A stretch of 64,000 nucleotides of DNA from Candidatus Calescibacterium sp. (GCA_032249135.1 JAVVGL010000002.1:23575-87574), one strand, 5' to 3'. Positions 1 through 9,993 are shown, counted from the first letter of the stretch. Program-made: numbers and translations. Notes: generated by a model not told the origin, from the sequence alone.

Positions 1-567
1 AGCTTTGGAGGCTTAATAAGAGTAGGCTACAAATTCTCCTGGATTTTTCCCTATGCTGAATTCGGATACGCATCACCCCCGGGAGATAACGAGTTCAGCC
101 TTGATACAAACAGAAGAGGAACGGAGCTAAAAGGATTCAGGTTTCATCCTGACTACGACCCAGCTCTTATCCTTTTTAATTTCTTAGGTGGTGCAAAAGT
201 TTCCCAACCAGTTCTCAAAGGATTCTCTACTATTTTAGAATCAAGAAGTGTATTCTCCACCTACTACCTGAAAATTAACAACCAGATAAAAGTTCAAAAT
301 ATATTCATAATACCATCTTTACTTTTGGCATTTGATAGCAAAAATTCAAAATTTTTAGGTGTAGAACCAGATTTGGAAATAAGGAACAAACTCTTATCAG
401 AAAAGAGAGAAGAAGGTAAAGAAGCTGATTACAACCTGTTCCTTTCTTTAAGAATGGGACTTTTAATCCCAGGAAAACAACTCAAAGAAGTTGAAAGACC
501 GGGAGAACAAGGCACAAAAGAATCTCCCGTCTTCGGCATAGTTGGACTTATAGGATATGAATTCTGA
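1..567 (+). CDS. Outer-membrane beta-barrel protein, C-terminal part (5' end outside window); resembles TIGR04551/alginate-export-like family
   Basis: Frame open from base 1 (SFGGLIRVGYKF...EFGYASPPGD...FRFHPDYDPALILF...LGVEPDL...GLIGYEF*); amphipathic strands and terminal Y-x-F beta-signal. Confidence 0.65.
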   Translation, partial: SFGGLIRVGYKFSWIFPYAEFGYASPPGDNEFSLDTNRRGTELKGFRFHPDYDPALILFNFLGGAKVSQPVLKGFSTILESRSVFSTYYLKINNQIKVQNIFIIPSLLLAFDSKNSKFLGVEPDLEIRNKLLSEKREEGKEADYNLFLSLRMGLLIPGKQLKEVERPGEQGTKESPVFGIVGLIGYEF

Positions 568-591
568 ATTTATATGATATGAATTCTGAAT
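554..591 (+). repeat. 16-bp direct repeat GATATGAATTCTGAAT (period 22) duplicating the gene end
   Basis: Identical copies at 554-569 (contains the TGA stop) and 576-591. Confidence 0.85.
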
Positions 592-633
592 GAGATTTTC
601 TCTAAATTAACAAAAATTCTTGTAATTTTAGCT

Positions 634-939
634 TTATGTTAATTTTGGTCTTGAGTCTTTATTTTTTGAATTTGAGCTTTTGAGAGCTTTGATAAAATCC
701 TCCCAAGTTTCAGCTCTTATTAATTCTCTCTTTGTCTTTTTTAAATGGCTTATATCATCTATTTTTTCTAAAAAGCTTTTTATTAGCTTCGCTTTTTGGG
801 CACCAAACTTTGCTTGAACAATTCCCAAAATTCCTTCTTTCAGACCTCTTACAAGTCCTCTCTGCTCTCCCTCTTTTAATCCCTCCTTTTTTCCCCACTT
901 ATAAAGAAAGGTTTTTCTAATATCAACTTGTATTGGCAT
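634..939 (-). CDS. Putative internally initiated C-terminal small protein (RpnS-like, 101 aa)
   Basis: In-frame ATG (MPIQVDIRKTFLY...) preceded by AAAGGT 7 nt upstream, just before the EG repeats. Confidence 0.5.
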   Translation of the reverse strand: MPIQVDIRKTFLYKWGKKEGLKEGEQRGLVRGLKEGILGIVQAKFGAQKAKLIKSFLEKIDDISHLKKTKRELIRAETWEDFIKALKSSNSKNKDSRPKLT

Positions 940-1593
940 AGGCTTTACCTTTATTTCAATATCAAATAATCCTGCTAAAAAGCTAATGCTATCTATATAT
1001 TTTATGATTTTTTCTTCATTTTTCACAATTTCTACAATTCTTTTTTTGACCTTTTTTATTATTTCGGGTTTATCTTTGAATTTCCCAGCTAAAATCCCAA
1101 CTAAAACCTCTGCTGGTTTATCACTTTTTATGAAAACATCAGGATTTATTTTTTTCATATCAAGCACTATGAAATTGAAAGATAAGTTTTGCATTTGAAA
1201 CTCATCTTTTAGTTCAAATTTGCTTGGTGGAGGATTTCCTCTGCCTACGAATAAAACTATCTGTGTTGGAGTTTTACCATATTTTTTTCTTATAGCATAA
1301 AAATAGTCAAGCATTCTTTCGGGTAAGGTTTTGTCTTGCTGAACTTGTACTTCTATGTGGATTATTTTTCCACCGATTTCAAGCAAAATATCGGGATAAA
1401 AAGATTTAACAAATCTTATTTCAGTCGATAAGATCTTCGCTTTTCCCTCTATTTTCTGACCGGTTGCCAACTAAAAAATTATACCAACTGCTTTTGAGAA
1501 AATTTCTTTTAAAATCAGGTCAAATCTTCTTAACTCCTTTTTGTGCTTATATTCCTTTCGCCCTGAATATCTTTGCTCTGTTATTCTCTTCAT
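634..1593 (-). pseudogene. Rpn-family (PD-(D/E)xK, recombination-promoting nuclease/putative transposase) gene with an in-frame TAG at codon 41
   Basis: ATG at 1593 gives MKRITEQR...RRFDLILKEIFSKAVGIIF*LATGQK...YPDILL..HIEVQ...ERMLDY; TAG at 1471-1473; EGLKEG-type repeats near the C-terminus; the paralogue at 35409 has Arg at this codon. Confidence 0.8.
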
Positions 1594-1747
1594 TCCGAAA
1601 TTTTGCTTTGAAATTTCAGTTGTTCTAAAAATTTCTACTTTCTTTGCTGATTTTTATCTTTTCTCTTGTCAATTCTTAAATTTACTTTCATCATTTTTAT
1701 CTCTTTCTCGTTTTATCTTTTCCATTTTTATTTCTCTCTTATGTTTT

Positions 1748-2827
1748 TTATCTTGGTTTTATTCCGAATATAGCGATTGCTCCAAATATTATAGCGACTA
1801 TTATAAATCTTGCAACAACTTTTGGTTCGCTCATTCCACCGAGCTCAAAATGATGATGTAAGGGAGCCATTCTGAAAATCCTTTTTCCTCCTGTGATTTT
1901 AAAATAAGCAACTTGAATAATAACAGATAACGCTTCAATCACAAACAAAAAACCAAGTATAGGGAGGAAAAGCTCAAATTTTCCCAGTATACTTATAAAT
2001 CCCAAGAGCGCTCCCAAAGACAAAGAACCTGAATCCCCCATAAAGATTTGTGCCGGGAAGTTATTCCACCACAGGAAGCCCAGAAGCGCTCCCAAAATGG
2101 CGAAAATAAGAACGGTAATCTCTCCAACTCCGGACGTAAAGAAAAGCTCAAAGTACTTTGCAAAAACCGAGTGTCCCGAAAAATATATAAATAAGCCTGA
2201 AACAGCAAAGGCTATCGCAAGATGACCGCCCGCAAGTCCATCAAGTCCATCTGTCAAATTTACAGCATTTGATGTACCAGTTATGATGAAAATACAAAAT
2301 AAAATATAGAGAACATAATTGAAATCTACTGCAACATTCAAAAACGGCAATCTTATTGGAGTTTTTAGGTCAAATAAAAGTTCAGCAACAAAAATACAGA
2401 TGCAAGACAGAAATATTTGAGCGAAAAACTTTTGCGATATAGTCAACCCTCTTTTCTTACTTTTTTTCTTCAATACATCATCTAAAAAGCCAAGGAAAGT
2501 AAAAACAGAGAAAGTAAAAAGAGAGCTTAAAAGATAATTATTTCTCAAATCCCCAAAGAGCAAAACTGCAATTAAAGAGAAAATATAAATGAATACTCCG
2601 CCAGCAGTTGGAGTTCCTTCTTTTGAAAAATGAGATTTTGGTGCAAGATGATAAACTTTCTGTCCAAGTCCCCAATTTCTCAAAAGCTCTATTATTTTTC
2701 CCCCGAAGAATATGAAGAGTAAGAGAGGAATTATAGCCGCAGCAACGGCTCTTTCCATTATCTTGTAATCAAATAAATGCGCTAACATAGGTATATAAGA
2801 ATAAATTCTAAAAATCTGAACTTTCAT
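1748..2827 (-). CDS. mraY: Phospho-N-acetylmuramoyl-pentapeptide transferase
   Basis: KEGTPTAGG, GFLDD, NAVNLTDGLDGLA, FMGDSGS, MAPLHHHFE motifs. Confidence 0.97.
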   Translation of the reverse strand: MKVQIFRIYSYIPMLAHLFDYKIMERAVAAAIIPLLLFIFFGGKIIELLRNWGLGQKVYHLAPKSHFSKEGTPTAGGVFIYIFSLIAVLLFGDLRNNYLLSSLFTFSVFTFLGFLDDVLKKKSKKRGLTISQKFFAQIFLSCICIFVAELLFDLKTPIRLPFLNVAVDFNYVLYILFCIFIITGTSNAVNLTDGLDGLAGGHLAIAFAVSGLFIYFSGHSVFAKYFELFFTSGVGEITVLIFAILGALLGFLWWNNFPAQIFMGDSGSLSLGALLGFISILGKFELFLPILGFLFVIEALSVIIQVAYFKITGGKRIFRMAPLHHHFELGGMSEPKVVARFIIVAIIFGAIAIFGIKPR

Positions 2828-2861
2828 AAGAAACTTTTGAAACTTTAATGAAAAATAGCCT

Positions 2862-4340
2862 TTAATGAGATGATTTCAAGTGTGATATAAAATCTTTTGC
2901 AAGTTCATCAAACTTCAATCCCCGAGAAGCTTTGAAAAAAATGAAATCAAAATCTTTGTAGATTTCTTTGAGCCTCTGAATCAGCCCAATTTTTGACTTG
3001 AAAGCCTCAGCTGAAAATCCACAGTTTTTTAATCCGTCCTCCATAAACTTTGCATAGTTTCCATACAGAAGAAAGAAAGAATCTTTTGGTGAGATATATT
3101 TTTTGGCACTCTCCCCTACTTTGAAATGCTCTTCTTCTGAGTATTTCCCAAGTTCAAGCATATCTCCCAAAGCGAAAAGTTTTTTACCATCAACAAAAGA
3201 CGCAGAATAAAACATAGCAGAAAGAGATAGGGGATTTGAATTATATGAATCATCAACGACTACAAAATTACCTATTTGGTCAACTTTGAATCTTGAAAAC
3301 TCATTCTTGAACTCCTTAAAATTCACCTTTTCTTTTATTACCTTCAAAATCTCATCTTCTTTCATCCCCTTAAACTTTTTAAGATATAAAAATAGAACCG
3401 AAATGGCAGCGGAGACATTTGATCCAAAATGCGGAGCAAGATTCGTTTTTACAATTTCTTTGAAAGATCTTCCATCAAAAAGTATGGAAAGAGAAAAATC
3501 AGTTTCAAAATTTCTTGAAACCGAAATTGGATTAGAAAAAAATCCATACCTAAATATCTTCTTCTCTGTTTCATTTCCCAATCCAAATGCAACTTTTTCC
3601 GGATAGTCAAGGGAGAGAAAAAAACTCCTTAATTCTTTTGTATCAACATTTATAAAAACTGCCCCACCATTTCCTAATACAGAATTTATAAGTTCTATCT
3701 CCTCTTGAAAGACTCCTTCCGGAGATCCAAGTCCTTCTAAATGTTCTTTCCCAAAAGAGACTAATAATCCAAAATTCGGTTCTGCAAATTGAGAAAGATA
3801 CTTTATTTCCCCTTTTGATGAAGTCCCTATTTCAAGAACAAGAATTTCTGTATCATTTTTCAAAGATGAGATGGATACAGCAAGACCTATCTCATTATTA
3901 AAACTTTTTATACTTTTTTGAACTTTGAATCCCAATTGAGAAAATAAAAAGTAAATGAGTTCTTTTGTCGTTGTTTTTCCTGCACTACCACCGACAGCAA
4001 TAGTAAACGGATTTATCTTCCTTTTTACAAACTGACCTATTTTCAAAAACGCTTCACGAGTGTTCTCAACCAAAATTTGAGGGATTTTCAGATTTTTATT
4101 TTCCGAAGATACAAGAACAGCAACTGCTCCCTTTCTTTGAGCTTCTTCCAAAAAATCATGCCCATCAAAATTCTTACCTTTTATTGCAACAAATAATGCC
4201 CCATCAACGGATTGACGAGTATCAGAAGATATGTAATGAAAAGTAATGGATTTATCTTTTTCATCCCGAACTATAACTTTTCCACCACATATATTCTCTA
4301 AATCTTTTACACTGATATCAAATGGCAATTCAACAAACAT
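2862..4340 (-). CDS. murF: UDP-MurNAc-tripeptide--D-Ala-D-Ala ligase
   Basis: DTR, DGHDF, GSAGKTTTKE, FNNEIG, DDSYNSNP, LGDMLELG, KASRG. Confidence 0.95.
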   Translation of the reverse strand: MFVELPFDISVKDLENICGGKVIVRDEKDKSITFHYISSDTRQSVDGALFVAIKGKNFDGHDFLEEAQRKGAVAVLVSSENKNLKIPQILVENTREAFLKIGQFVKRKINPFTIAVGGSAGKTTTKELIYFLFSQLGFKVQKSIKSFNNEIGLAVSISSLKNDTEILVLEIGTSSKGEIKYLSQFAEPNFGLLVSFGKEHLEGLGSPEGVFQEEIELINSVLGNGGAVFINVDTKELRSFFLSLDYPEKVAFGLGNETEKKIFRYGFFSNPISVSRNFETDFSLSILFDGRSFKEIVKTNLAPHFGSNVSAAISVLFLYLKKFKGMKEDEILKVIKEKVNFKEFKNEFSRFKVDQIGNFVVVDDSYNSNPLSLSAMFYSASFVDGKKLFALGDMLELGKYSEEEHFKVGESAKKYISPKDSFFLLYGNYAKFMEDGLKNCGFSAEAFKSKIGLIQRLKEIYKDFDFIFFKASRGLKFDELAKDFISHLKSSH

Positions 4341-4454
4341 ATACTTTACATTTCTTAATTATACAAGCAAAAACAAAGCACATATAATAATTAAGAATTT
4401 TAATAGTTTGCTATTAAAATTTAAGAGAATTATAATTTTATAATTTAAGAGATT

Positions 4455-4982
4455 ATGGAGATAATTCAGAGAAGTGAAGAGCTCATAAGAAAGATAAAAG
4501 ATATGGGTATCTTCAGATTTATACCGCAAGATGAATTCAAAACTTGCGAAAATTACATAAACATACTTAGATTTCAAAAAGGAGAAGATATAATAAGACA
4601 AGGGGAAATAACGGGGGGAATTTTTATCATACTTGAAGGTAAGGTTTCAGTTATAAGAGATTCAATAAAGATAGCAGAACTCGAAAAGGGGGAGATTTTT
4701 GGAGAGAGTGAAATTTTACTTGAGCGCCCGGCATCAGCAACAATAAGAGCAGAAGAAGATGGAACACAAGTCGCCTACATAATAAGAGGCATCCTTGAAC
4801 AGTTGGAAAAATCGGCTCCAAGATTTACAACGATTTTCTACAAAACAATCGCAAGAGTCCTTATGACAAGGCTTATAAATATTGATAAAGAATACGTAAA
4901 TCTCGCATCAAAATTGGAAAGTCTTGACCAAGCCAGAAAAATCAAAGAACTCAGAGAAAAAATCTTCAAAACACCTGAATAA
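4455..4982 (+). CDS. Cyclic nucleotide-binding domain protein with C-terminal coiled coil and no HTH
   Basis: IIRQGE, ILEGKVSV, GEIFGE, PASATIRA cNMP-binding motifs. Confidence 0.85.
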   Translation: MEIIQRSEELIRKIKDMGIFRFIPQDEFKTCENYINILRFQKGEDIIRQGEITGGIFIILEGKVSVIRDSIKIAELEKGEIFGESEILLERPASATIRAEEDGTQVAYIIRGILEQLEKSAPRFTTIFYKTIARVLMTRLINIDKEYVNLASKLESLDQARKIKELREKIFKTPE

Positions 4983-5076
4983 AAAATGAATAAAAAACTG
5001 AATTTTTTAAAACAATTACTAATTTAAAACGATTGCTAACTTTTTAATACCCAAATTTAGCTATTTTAATTTTCAT

Positions 5077-6180
5077 ATGGCTCCGGATAGAATATTGAAA
5101 TTTGTAATAGCTCTAATTTTTATACTCCTGATTTTCATAGGATCAGTCAATATGTATGGGATTTCAGTAAAACTTGAAAACAAGGAGATCTTTCAGAGAT
5201 TCTTGGTATCTTCCGGTATATCTATTGTCGCATTTCTTTTTGGTTTCATATTATCGTCAAGGTCAAAAAATATGTTAGTTTATTTAGGTTCCATTCTTTT
5301 TATTATGTCAGTCCCTCTGATTTTGCACGCAAAGTTCAAAGGACTTGAAGCATTCGGAGCTAAAAGATGGATCTCCGTAGCTGGTATCACATTCCAACCA
5401 ACTGAAATAGCAAAAATTTCTTGCGTTATTCTCACAAGCTACATCATATCTTTGATAAGAAAAAAAATAGCAGTCTTATATTCAGCCTTTATTAATATTG
5501 TGCCCGCTATTTTTACTGCACTCCAACCAGATGTCGGTTCTGCTTCAGTATTTTTGGTAATATTTTTAGTATCCGTTCTTATTTCAAGATTTCCTCTAAG
5601 ATTATTCGTTATGGTTCTTATTTTTCTCTTGATTTCTTCTCCTTTCGTATGGAAATACGGATTAAAAGATTATCATAAAAAAAGAATTTCCGCATTTTTG
5701 AACCCTGAAAGTGAATTGTTCTCATCAGGTTATCAGACAGTTCAATCTAAAATAGCAATAGGAAGCGGAGGGTTGATGGGAATGGGATTAGGTAAGGGGG
5801 AGCATAGCAAGGGCAAATGGCTTCCAAATCTACATTCAGACCTTGCCTTTGTATCAATTGCAGAAGATTTTGGTTTTGTTGGTGTCCTTACTACTCTTTT
5901 GATCATATTGATATTCATTTCTGCTATTTTCATAAGAGCTCTTATTTCCGATTCTTACTTTGTTGAGGTCTTCTCTACAATTTTGGGAGCAACCATATCT
6001 TACCATATCTTGCTTAATCTATTCGTAATTTCCGGGCTTTTTCCCGTAGTTGGTATTCCTTTTACTTTTATATCCTTTGCCGGAACTCACAATATATCCA
6101 TGTCTTTCCTACTTGGAACTTGCCTAGGAATTAGAGAAAAGAAGAAAGAAGAATTTGAAATAATCCTCTCATCACGGTAA
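5077..6180 (+). CDS. rodA: SEDS-family peptidoglycan glycosyltransferase, RodA type
   Basis: GAKRWI, FQPTEIAK, LQPDVGSA, KDYHKKRI, GYQTVQSKIAIGSGG, LPNLHSD. Confidence 0.85.
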   Translation: MAPDRILKFVIALIFILLIFIGSVNMYGISVKLENKEIFQRFLVSSGISIVAFLFGFILSSRSKNMLVYLGSILFIMSVPLILHAKFKGLEAFGAKRWISVAGITFQPTEIAKISCVILTSYIISLIRKKIAVLYSAFINIVPAIFTALQPDVGSASVFLVIFLVSVLISRFPLRLFVMVLIFLLISSPFVWKYGLKDYHKKRISAFLNPESELFSSGYQTVQSKIAIGSGGLMGMGLGKGEHSKGKWLPNLHSDLAFVSIAEDFGFVGVLTTLLIILIFISAIFIRALISDSYFVEVFSTILGATISYHILLNLFVISGLFPVVGIPFTFISFAGTHNISMSFLLGTCLGIREKKKEEFEIILSSR

Positions 6181-6183
6181 TCT

Positions 6184-6783
6184 TTATCTTTCAAATATCA
6201 GAATAAGAGGAGAAAACCTTTCTATCTCCCCCACATATCTTCCCTCATCATCAATTTCAATTTTCCCTTTTACTTTTTTTATTCTGAATGGAGTCTCAAC
6301 AATTATATGTGTATGAGAATATTCTCTCTCAACTATTCCTATTTTGAAATATGGCGGAGGAGGAGCTGGAGCTAACCATATTGCAACTTCAACGAAAGCT
6401 GTGATCTCCAATGATGAATAAGATTCCCTTGCTGTTTCTAAATCTACTCTCATAACCTTGATATTTACTGGCTTCTCCTGAAACCTTACGCTTATCCCTT
6501 TTGTAGCTTCAAAAGATAATATGTCTTTTATTATTTTGAGTTCTTCATCATCTATAAAATCATCTTTATTCAAATCTGCCCTCTTTCGCAACTCAAAAGC
6601 TTTTTTACCGGGGGGAACCCTGAATATTATTGTCAAAGTTATCTTATCTTCTCCTACATAAAGTTTGAGAGTTCTTACATGTTCTATTTTATGAGCATAT
6701 GAGATACTCCACAAGATTTGCGTGAGTATAAAAACAAGCAAAATTTTGATTTTTTTTGTTAGCATGCAATTTTTATTTTTCAT
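6184..6783 (-). CDS. Hypothetical exported protein with an EF-hand-like loop
   Basis: Signal peptide ending SYA/H; DLNKDDFIDDEE loop. Confidence 0.6.
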   Translation of the reverse strand: MKNKNCMLTKKIKILLVFILTQILWSISYAHKIEHVRTLKLYVGEDKITLTIIFRVPPGKKAFELRKRADLNKDDFIDDEELKIIKDILSFEATKGISVRFQEKPVNIKVMRVDLETARESYSSLEITAFVEVAIWLAPAPPPPYFKIGIVEREYSHTHIIVETPFRIKKVKGKIEIDDEGRYVGEIERFSPLILIFER

Positions 6784-6820
6784 CCCGCACTCTTTTACCT
6801 CTTTTTCTTTTTTCTTTCTT

Positions 6821-7690
6821 TCATATAGATTTTAAATTTTTCTTGAATTCTTCAAAAACTTCATCGGGAGAAAGCTGAAATACTCTCTTTCCACTCATTA
6901 GTTTTTTTCTTCTTCTGAAAGTCTGATAGCAGAAATCTACAAATTTTAAAATCATTTTCTGTCCTTCTTCTTTATCATCTTGATAGAATAGTTTTATATG
7001 ATCTTCTTTTGTGAAAAGAGATATAAAAGCTCCGTTTACTTCGGGGATAGGGCGGAAGAAAAAATGAGGAATAACGAATTCTATTTTTGGTTCAAAGAAA
7101 AATCGTGTTATACAAGATATGGCACTGTAATTTTCATCTCCTTCTTTTGCTGAAATTTTTTTTGCGAACTCATACTGGACAAGTAAATGAACACTTTTTA
7201 TATCAAAAACTTCAAGAACTATCTTGTGAATAAGTTGTGATGAGATATAAAATGGAATGTTTGATACTATCTTTATCTTTTCCCTCTGATCTAATATTTC
7301 TCTTATTTTCTCTCTATCTCCTTTTATACATACTGTGTTATTATTGTTTTCATATATTTTGTAGATCTCATCTAATCTTGTTTGAAGAAAATCTTTTTTG
7401 ACTACAACTCCAAACTGAATTATTTTTTTCAGGTGCTCATACATTCTATCATCTATTTCAAAAGATATGACAAGTTTTGAATTTCTTTCCAATATCTTTG
7501 TAAGATTTCCTTCCCCTCCACCTATTTCTACCACAATATCATCTTTGTGAGCAAACGAACCGATTTTTTCCAAAATATCTTTTTTTACAAGTTTGTGCTG
7601 TCCCAAGCTCTTTCGGGGTATAAGAACTCGCCGAGGTTTTATATATAAATTAAGGAGTTTCTCAAAAACAATATTCTCTCTCTTTCCCAT
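6821..7690 (-). CDS. rsmA: 16S rRNA adenine dimethyltransferase (divergent)
   Basis: RKSLGQH, VVEIGGGEGNLT, FEID, SNIPFYIS, LVQYEFAKK, FFRPIPEV. Confidence 0.88.
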   Translation of the reverse strand: MGKRENIVFEKLLNLYIKPRRVLIPRKSLGQHKLVKKDILEKIGSFAHKDDIVVEIGGGEGNLTKILERNSKLVISFEIDDRMYEHLKKIIQFGVVVKKDFLQTRLDEIYKIYENNNNTVCIKGDREKIREILDQREKIKIVSNIPFYISSQLIHKIVLEVFDIKSVHLLVQYEFAKKISAKEGDENYSAISCITRFFFEPKIEFVIPHFFFRPIPEVNGAFISLFTKEDHIKLFYQDDKEEGQKMILKFVDFCYQTFRRRKKLMSGKRVFQLSPDEVFEEFKKNLKSI

Positions 7691-7773
7691 AAGTCAGGAC
7701 ATAAAAATTCTTTATCATCAAAAAGCAGAAAAATTTTACCAAAAAATTAATTTTTTGAATTAATTTTTTTACT

Positions 7774-8664
7774 ATGAAGACTCCAGGATCATCCCAGAAT
7801 AAATTACGAAAAAAGGATTGGATTTTTAATCTTTTGATTTTCATTTTTCCTTTTTTGACTTTCTCCTTTGTCATAAGGAGTCCATGTGTTAATATTGAAA
7901 AAAATTTTTTCAAATATGCTGGTGCCCAAGATTCAGAATATAAAGAAGAAGATCTATCACAGAGCGATAAAGGTGAGGAGTTTGAAGTCAAAGTTCAAGG
8001 TGTAGTTGTTGATAGGGTATCAAGGTCCCCAGTTGTAATACTTGTGACAAAAGATAAACAGAGGTTTGTACCTATATGGATAGGATTTGCAGAAGCTATG
8101 TCTATTGATATTGCATTGAGAGGAGAAAAACCCCCTCGCCCCCTCACTCATGATTTGTTCAAACAAACAATAGAGAAGTTAGGAGCAAAGATTGAGAAGG
8201 TGAAAATAACATCAATAAAAAATAATACCTATTTTGCATTTATAAAATTTGTTCAGGGTAATAAAGTGCACTATGTAGATTCTCGCCCATCAGATGCTAT
8301 CGCTCTTGCTCTACGAACAGGTGCTCCATTATATATAAGCAAAGAAATTCTCTCTGCCTCAGTTAAAATACCACAATCTGAGGAACTCTTGTGGTCTAAA
8401 GTTGGAATATCAGTTCAACTCATAACACCGGATCTTGAAGAGTTCTTCAAAGTAAAAGGAATTGTAGTATCAGATGTAAGGAAAAATTCGAAAGCAGAAG
8501 ATAAGATTAAAAGAGGAGATATTATAATTTCTGTAAATGGAAAAAGTACTCAAGGTGAAAATGGTATGGACATACTAGAGGATGAGGTTAAAAAAAGCGA
8601 TTCCCTACAACTTGAAATAATAAGAGACGGAAAAAAGCAAACACTGAAAATATCTTTAAAATAG
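7774..8664 (+). CDS. Bifunctional nuclease (DUF151/BFN) domain plus HtrA-like PDZ domain, with N-terminal hydrophobic segment
   Basis: PIWIGFAEA, PPRPLTHDL, DSRPSDAIALALR; GISVQLITPDL...RGDIIISVNGK. Confidence 0.88.
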   Translation: MKTPGSSQNKLRKKDWIFNLLIFIFPFLTFSFVIRSPCVNIEKNFFKYAGAQDSEYKEEDLSQSDKGEEFEVKVQGVVVDRVSRSPVVILVTKDKQRFVPIWIGFAEAMSIDIALRGEKPPRPLTHDLFKQTIEKLGAKIEKVKITSIKNNTYFAFIKFVQGNKVHYVDSRPSDAIALALRTGAPLYISKEILSASVKIPQSEELLWSKVGISVQLITPDLEEFFKVKGIVVSDVRKNSKAEDKIKRGDIIISVNGKSTQGENGMDILEDEVKKSDSLQLEIIRDGKKQTLKISLK

Positions 8665-8684
8665 CTGTGTCATAAAAGTAAATT

Positions 8685-9101
8685 ATGTCATATTACACAT
8701 TTTTGAATTTGGTTTCCACCTTGTCAATTGTTGTCTCTGGGATTTTAGTTGTACTCGGGTTAGTAGAGATAAAAACAAAAAGGAGGATCCATATTCACAG
8801 AAATCTTATGCTCTCTGCATCTTTTTTTGCTGCCCTTTTTCTCATAATCTACATCATAAAATATTTTGCTTTTGGACCCAAAGAATACCGAGGAGATATG
8901 AGGAATCTTTATCTTGCCGTTTTATTTGTACATTCTTTGCTCGCATCTTTAAATGTACCTCTGGTTATTATAACTATCTTTCTTGCATTAAGAAAGAAAT
9001 TCGCTTTGCACAAAAAAGTTGCAAAAATAACTGCTCCAACATGGATAATAGTTGCTCTAACGGGTTGGATAATTTTCGTTTTCCTTACCTTTGGGGAATA
9101 A
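8685..9101 (+). CDS. DUF420 family membrane protein
   Basis: Four TM segments; HRNLM, LFVHSLLA, HKKVAKITAPTW. Confidence 0.8.
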   Translation: MSYYTFLNLVSTLSIVVSGILVVLGLVEIKTKRRIHIHRNLMLSASFFAALFLIIYIIKYFAFGPKEYRGDMRNLYLAVLFVHSLLASLNVPLVIITIFLALRKKFALHKKVAKITAPTWIIVALTGWIIFVFLTFGE

Positions 9102-9262
9102 ACGAAAATAAAATTAACGGTTTATAAAAAAAGAACAATCAAAATTCAGAATAATGTTCTCCATTACCATTAGATGTTTCTGCAACTCAATTTTCATTTT
9201 AACCTTGATATAGGTCATTTTTCAACTTGATAAAAGTATTTTCCTCACTAATAACTAATTGT

Positions 9263-9284
9263 AAAAAAAAAAAAAAAAAAAAAA
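9263..9284. repeat. Poly(A)22 homopolymer (U22 on the leuD strand)
   Basis: 22 consecutive A, 11 nt beyond the leuD stop. Confidence 0.9.
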
Positions 9285-9295
9285 TAGGTCACAGA

Positions 9296-9955
9296 TCAAA
9301 AATATTTTTTGTGTTTTTGAATTATGTTTTGGCTTATTTCCCTGAAAGGGAATAGTTTTTTCCTTTTTTCTTCATATTCTTTAATTTTGTCCTCATATTT
9401 TAATGTCAGAGCAATTTCATCAAGACCTTCAATTATGTAAATTTTTCTCACCGGATCCATTTCAAATTTTGTTGAGAAACCAAAATCATCATATATAATT
9501 TGCTCTTCAATATCAACGGTAAGGTAGTAAGGTTGGTTCTGTTTTTCAAGTTCATATACTTTTTGGAAAAGCTCATCTACTATATTTTCGGGCAGAGTAA
9601 TGAGGGCAAGTCCGTTTTTGAAAGCATTATTGTAAAAAATATCAGCAAATTTTGGGGATATTATTACTCTGAAACCAAAATCGTATAGTGCCCAGACTGC
9701 GTGTTCCCTTGAACTTCCAGCGCCGAAATTTTTTCTCGTAAGGAGAATTTTTGCATTTTTAAATAGAGGTTTATTCAGAACAAAATCAGGATTTGGTTCC
9801 TTATCTCCTTTATATCTCCAATCATAAAACAAAAATTCCCCAAAACCCGTTCTTTCTATTTTTTTGAGAAACTGTTTAGGTATTATTTGGTCGGTATCAA
9901 CATCTGACCTGTCTAATGGAGCTACTATCCCCCTTATTTTTTTTAAAGGCTCCAT
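9296..9955 (-). CDS. leuD: 3-isopropylmalate dehydratase small subunit
   Basis: DVDTDQIIPKQFL, NFGAGSSREHAVWAL, FADIFYNN. Confidence 0.97.
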   Translation of the reverse strand: MEPLKKIRGIVAPLDRSDVDTDQIIPKQFLKKIERTGFGEFLFYDWRYKGDKEPNPDFVLNKPLFKNAKILLTRKNFGAGSSREHAVWALYDFGFRVIISPKFADIFYNNAFKNGLALITLPENIVDELFQKVYELEKQNQPYYLTVDIEEQIIYDDFGFSTKFEMDPVRKIYIIEGLDEIALTLKYEDKIKEYEEKRKKLFPFREISQNIIQKHKKYF

Positions 9956-9993
9956 CTTTGTAAAATTATTTTATTATTTTTTTTGATAATAAT

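Noticed and set aside
1471..1473. Genome-wide TAG recoding or pyrrolysine
   Set aside because: TAG ends several normal genes (mutL, ftsW, pirin, arsC), and there are no pyl genes in the window
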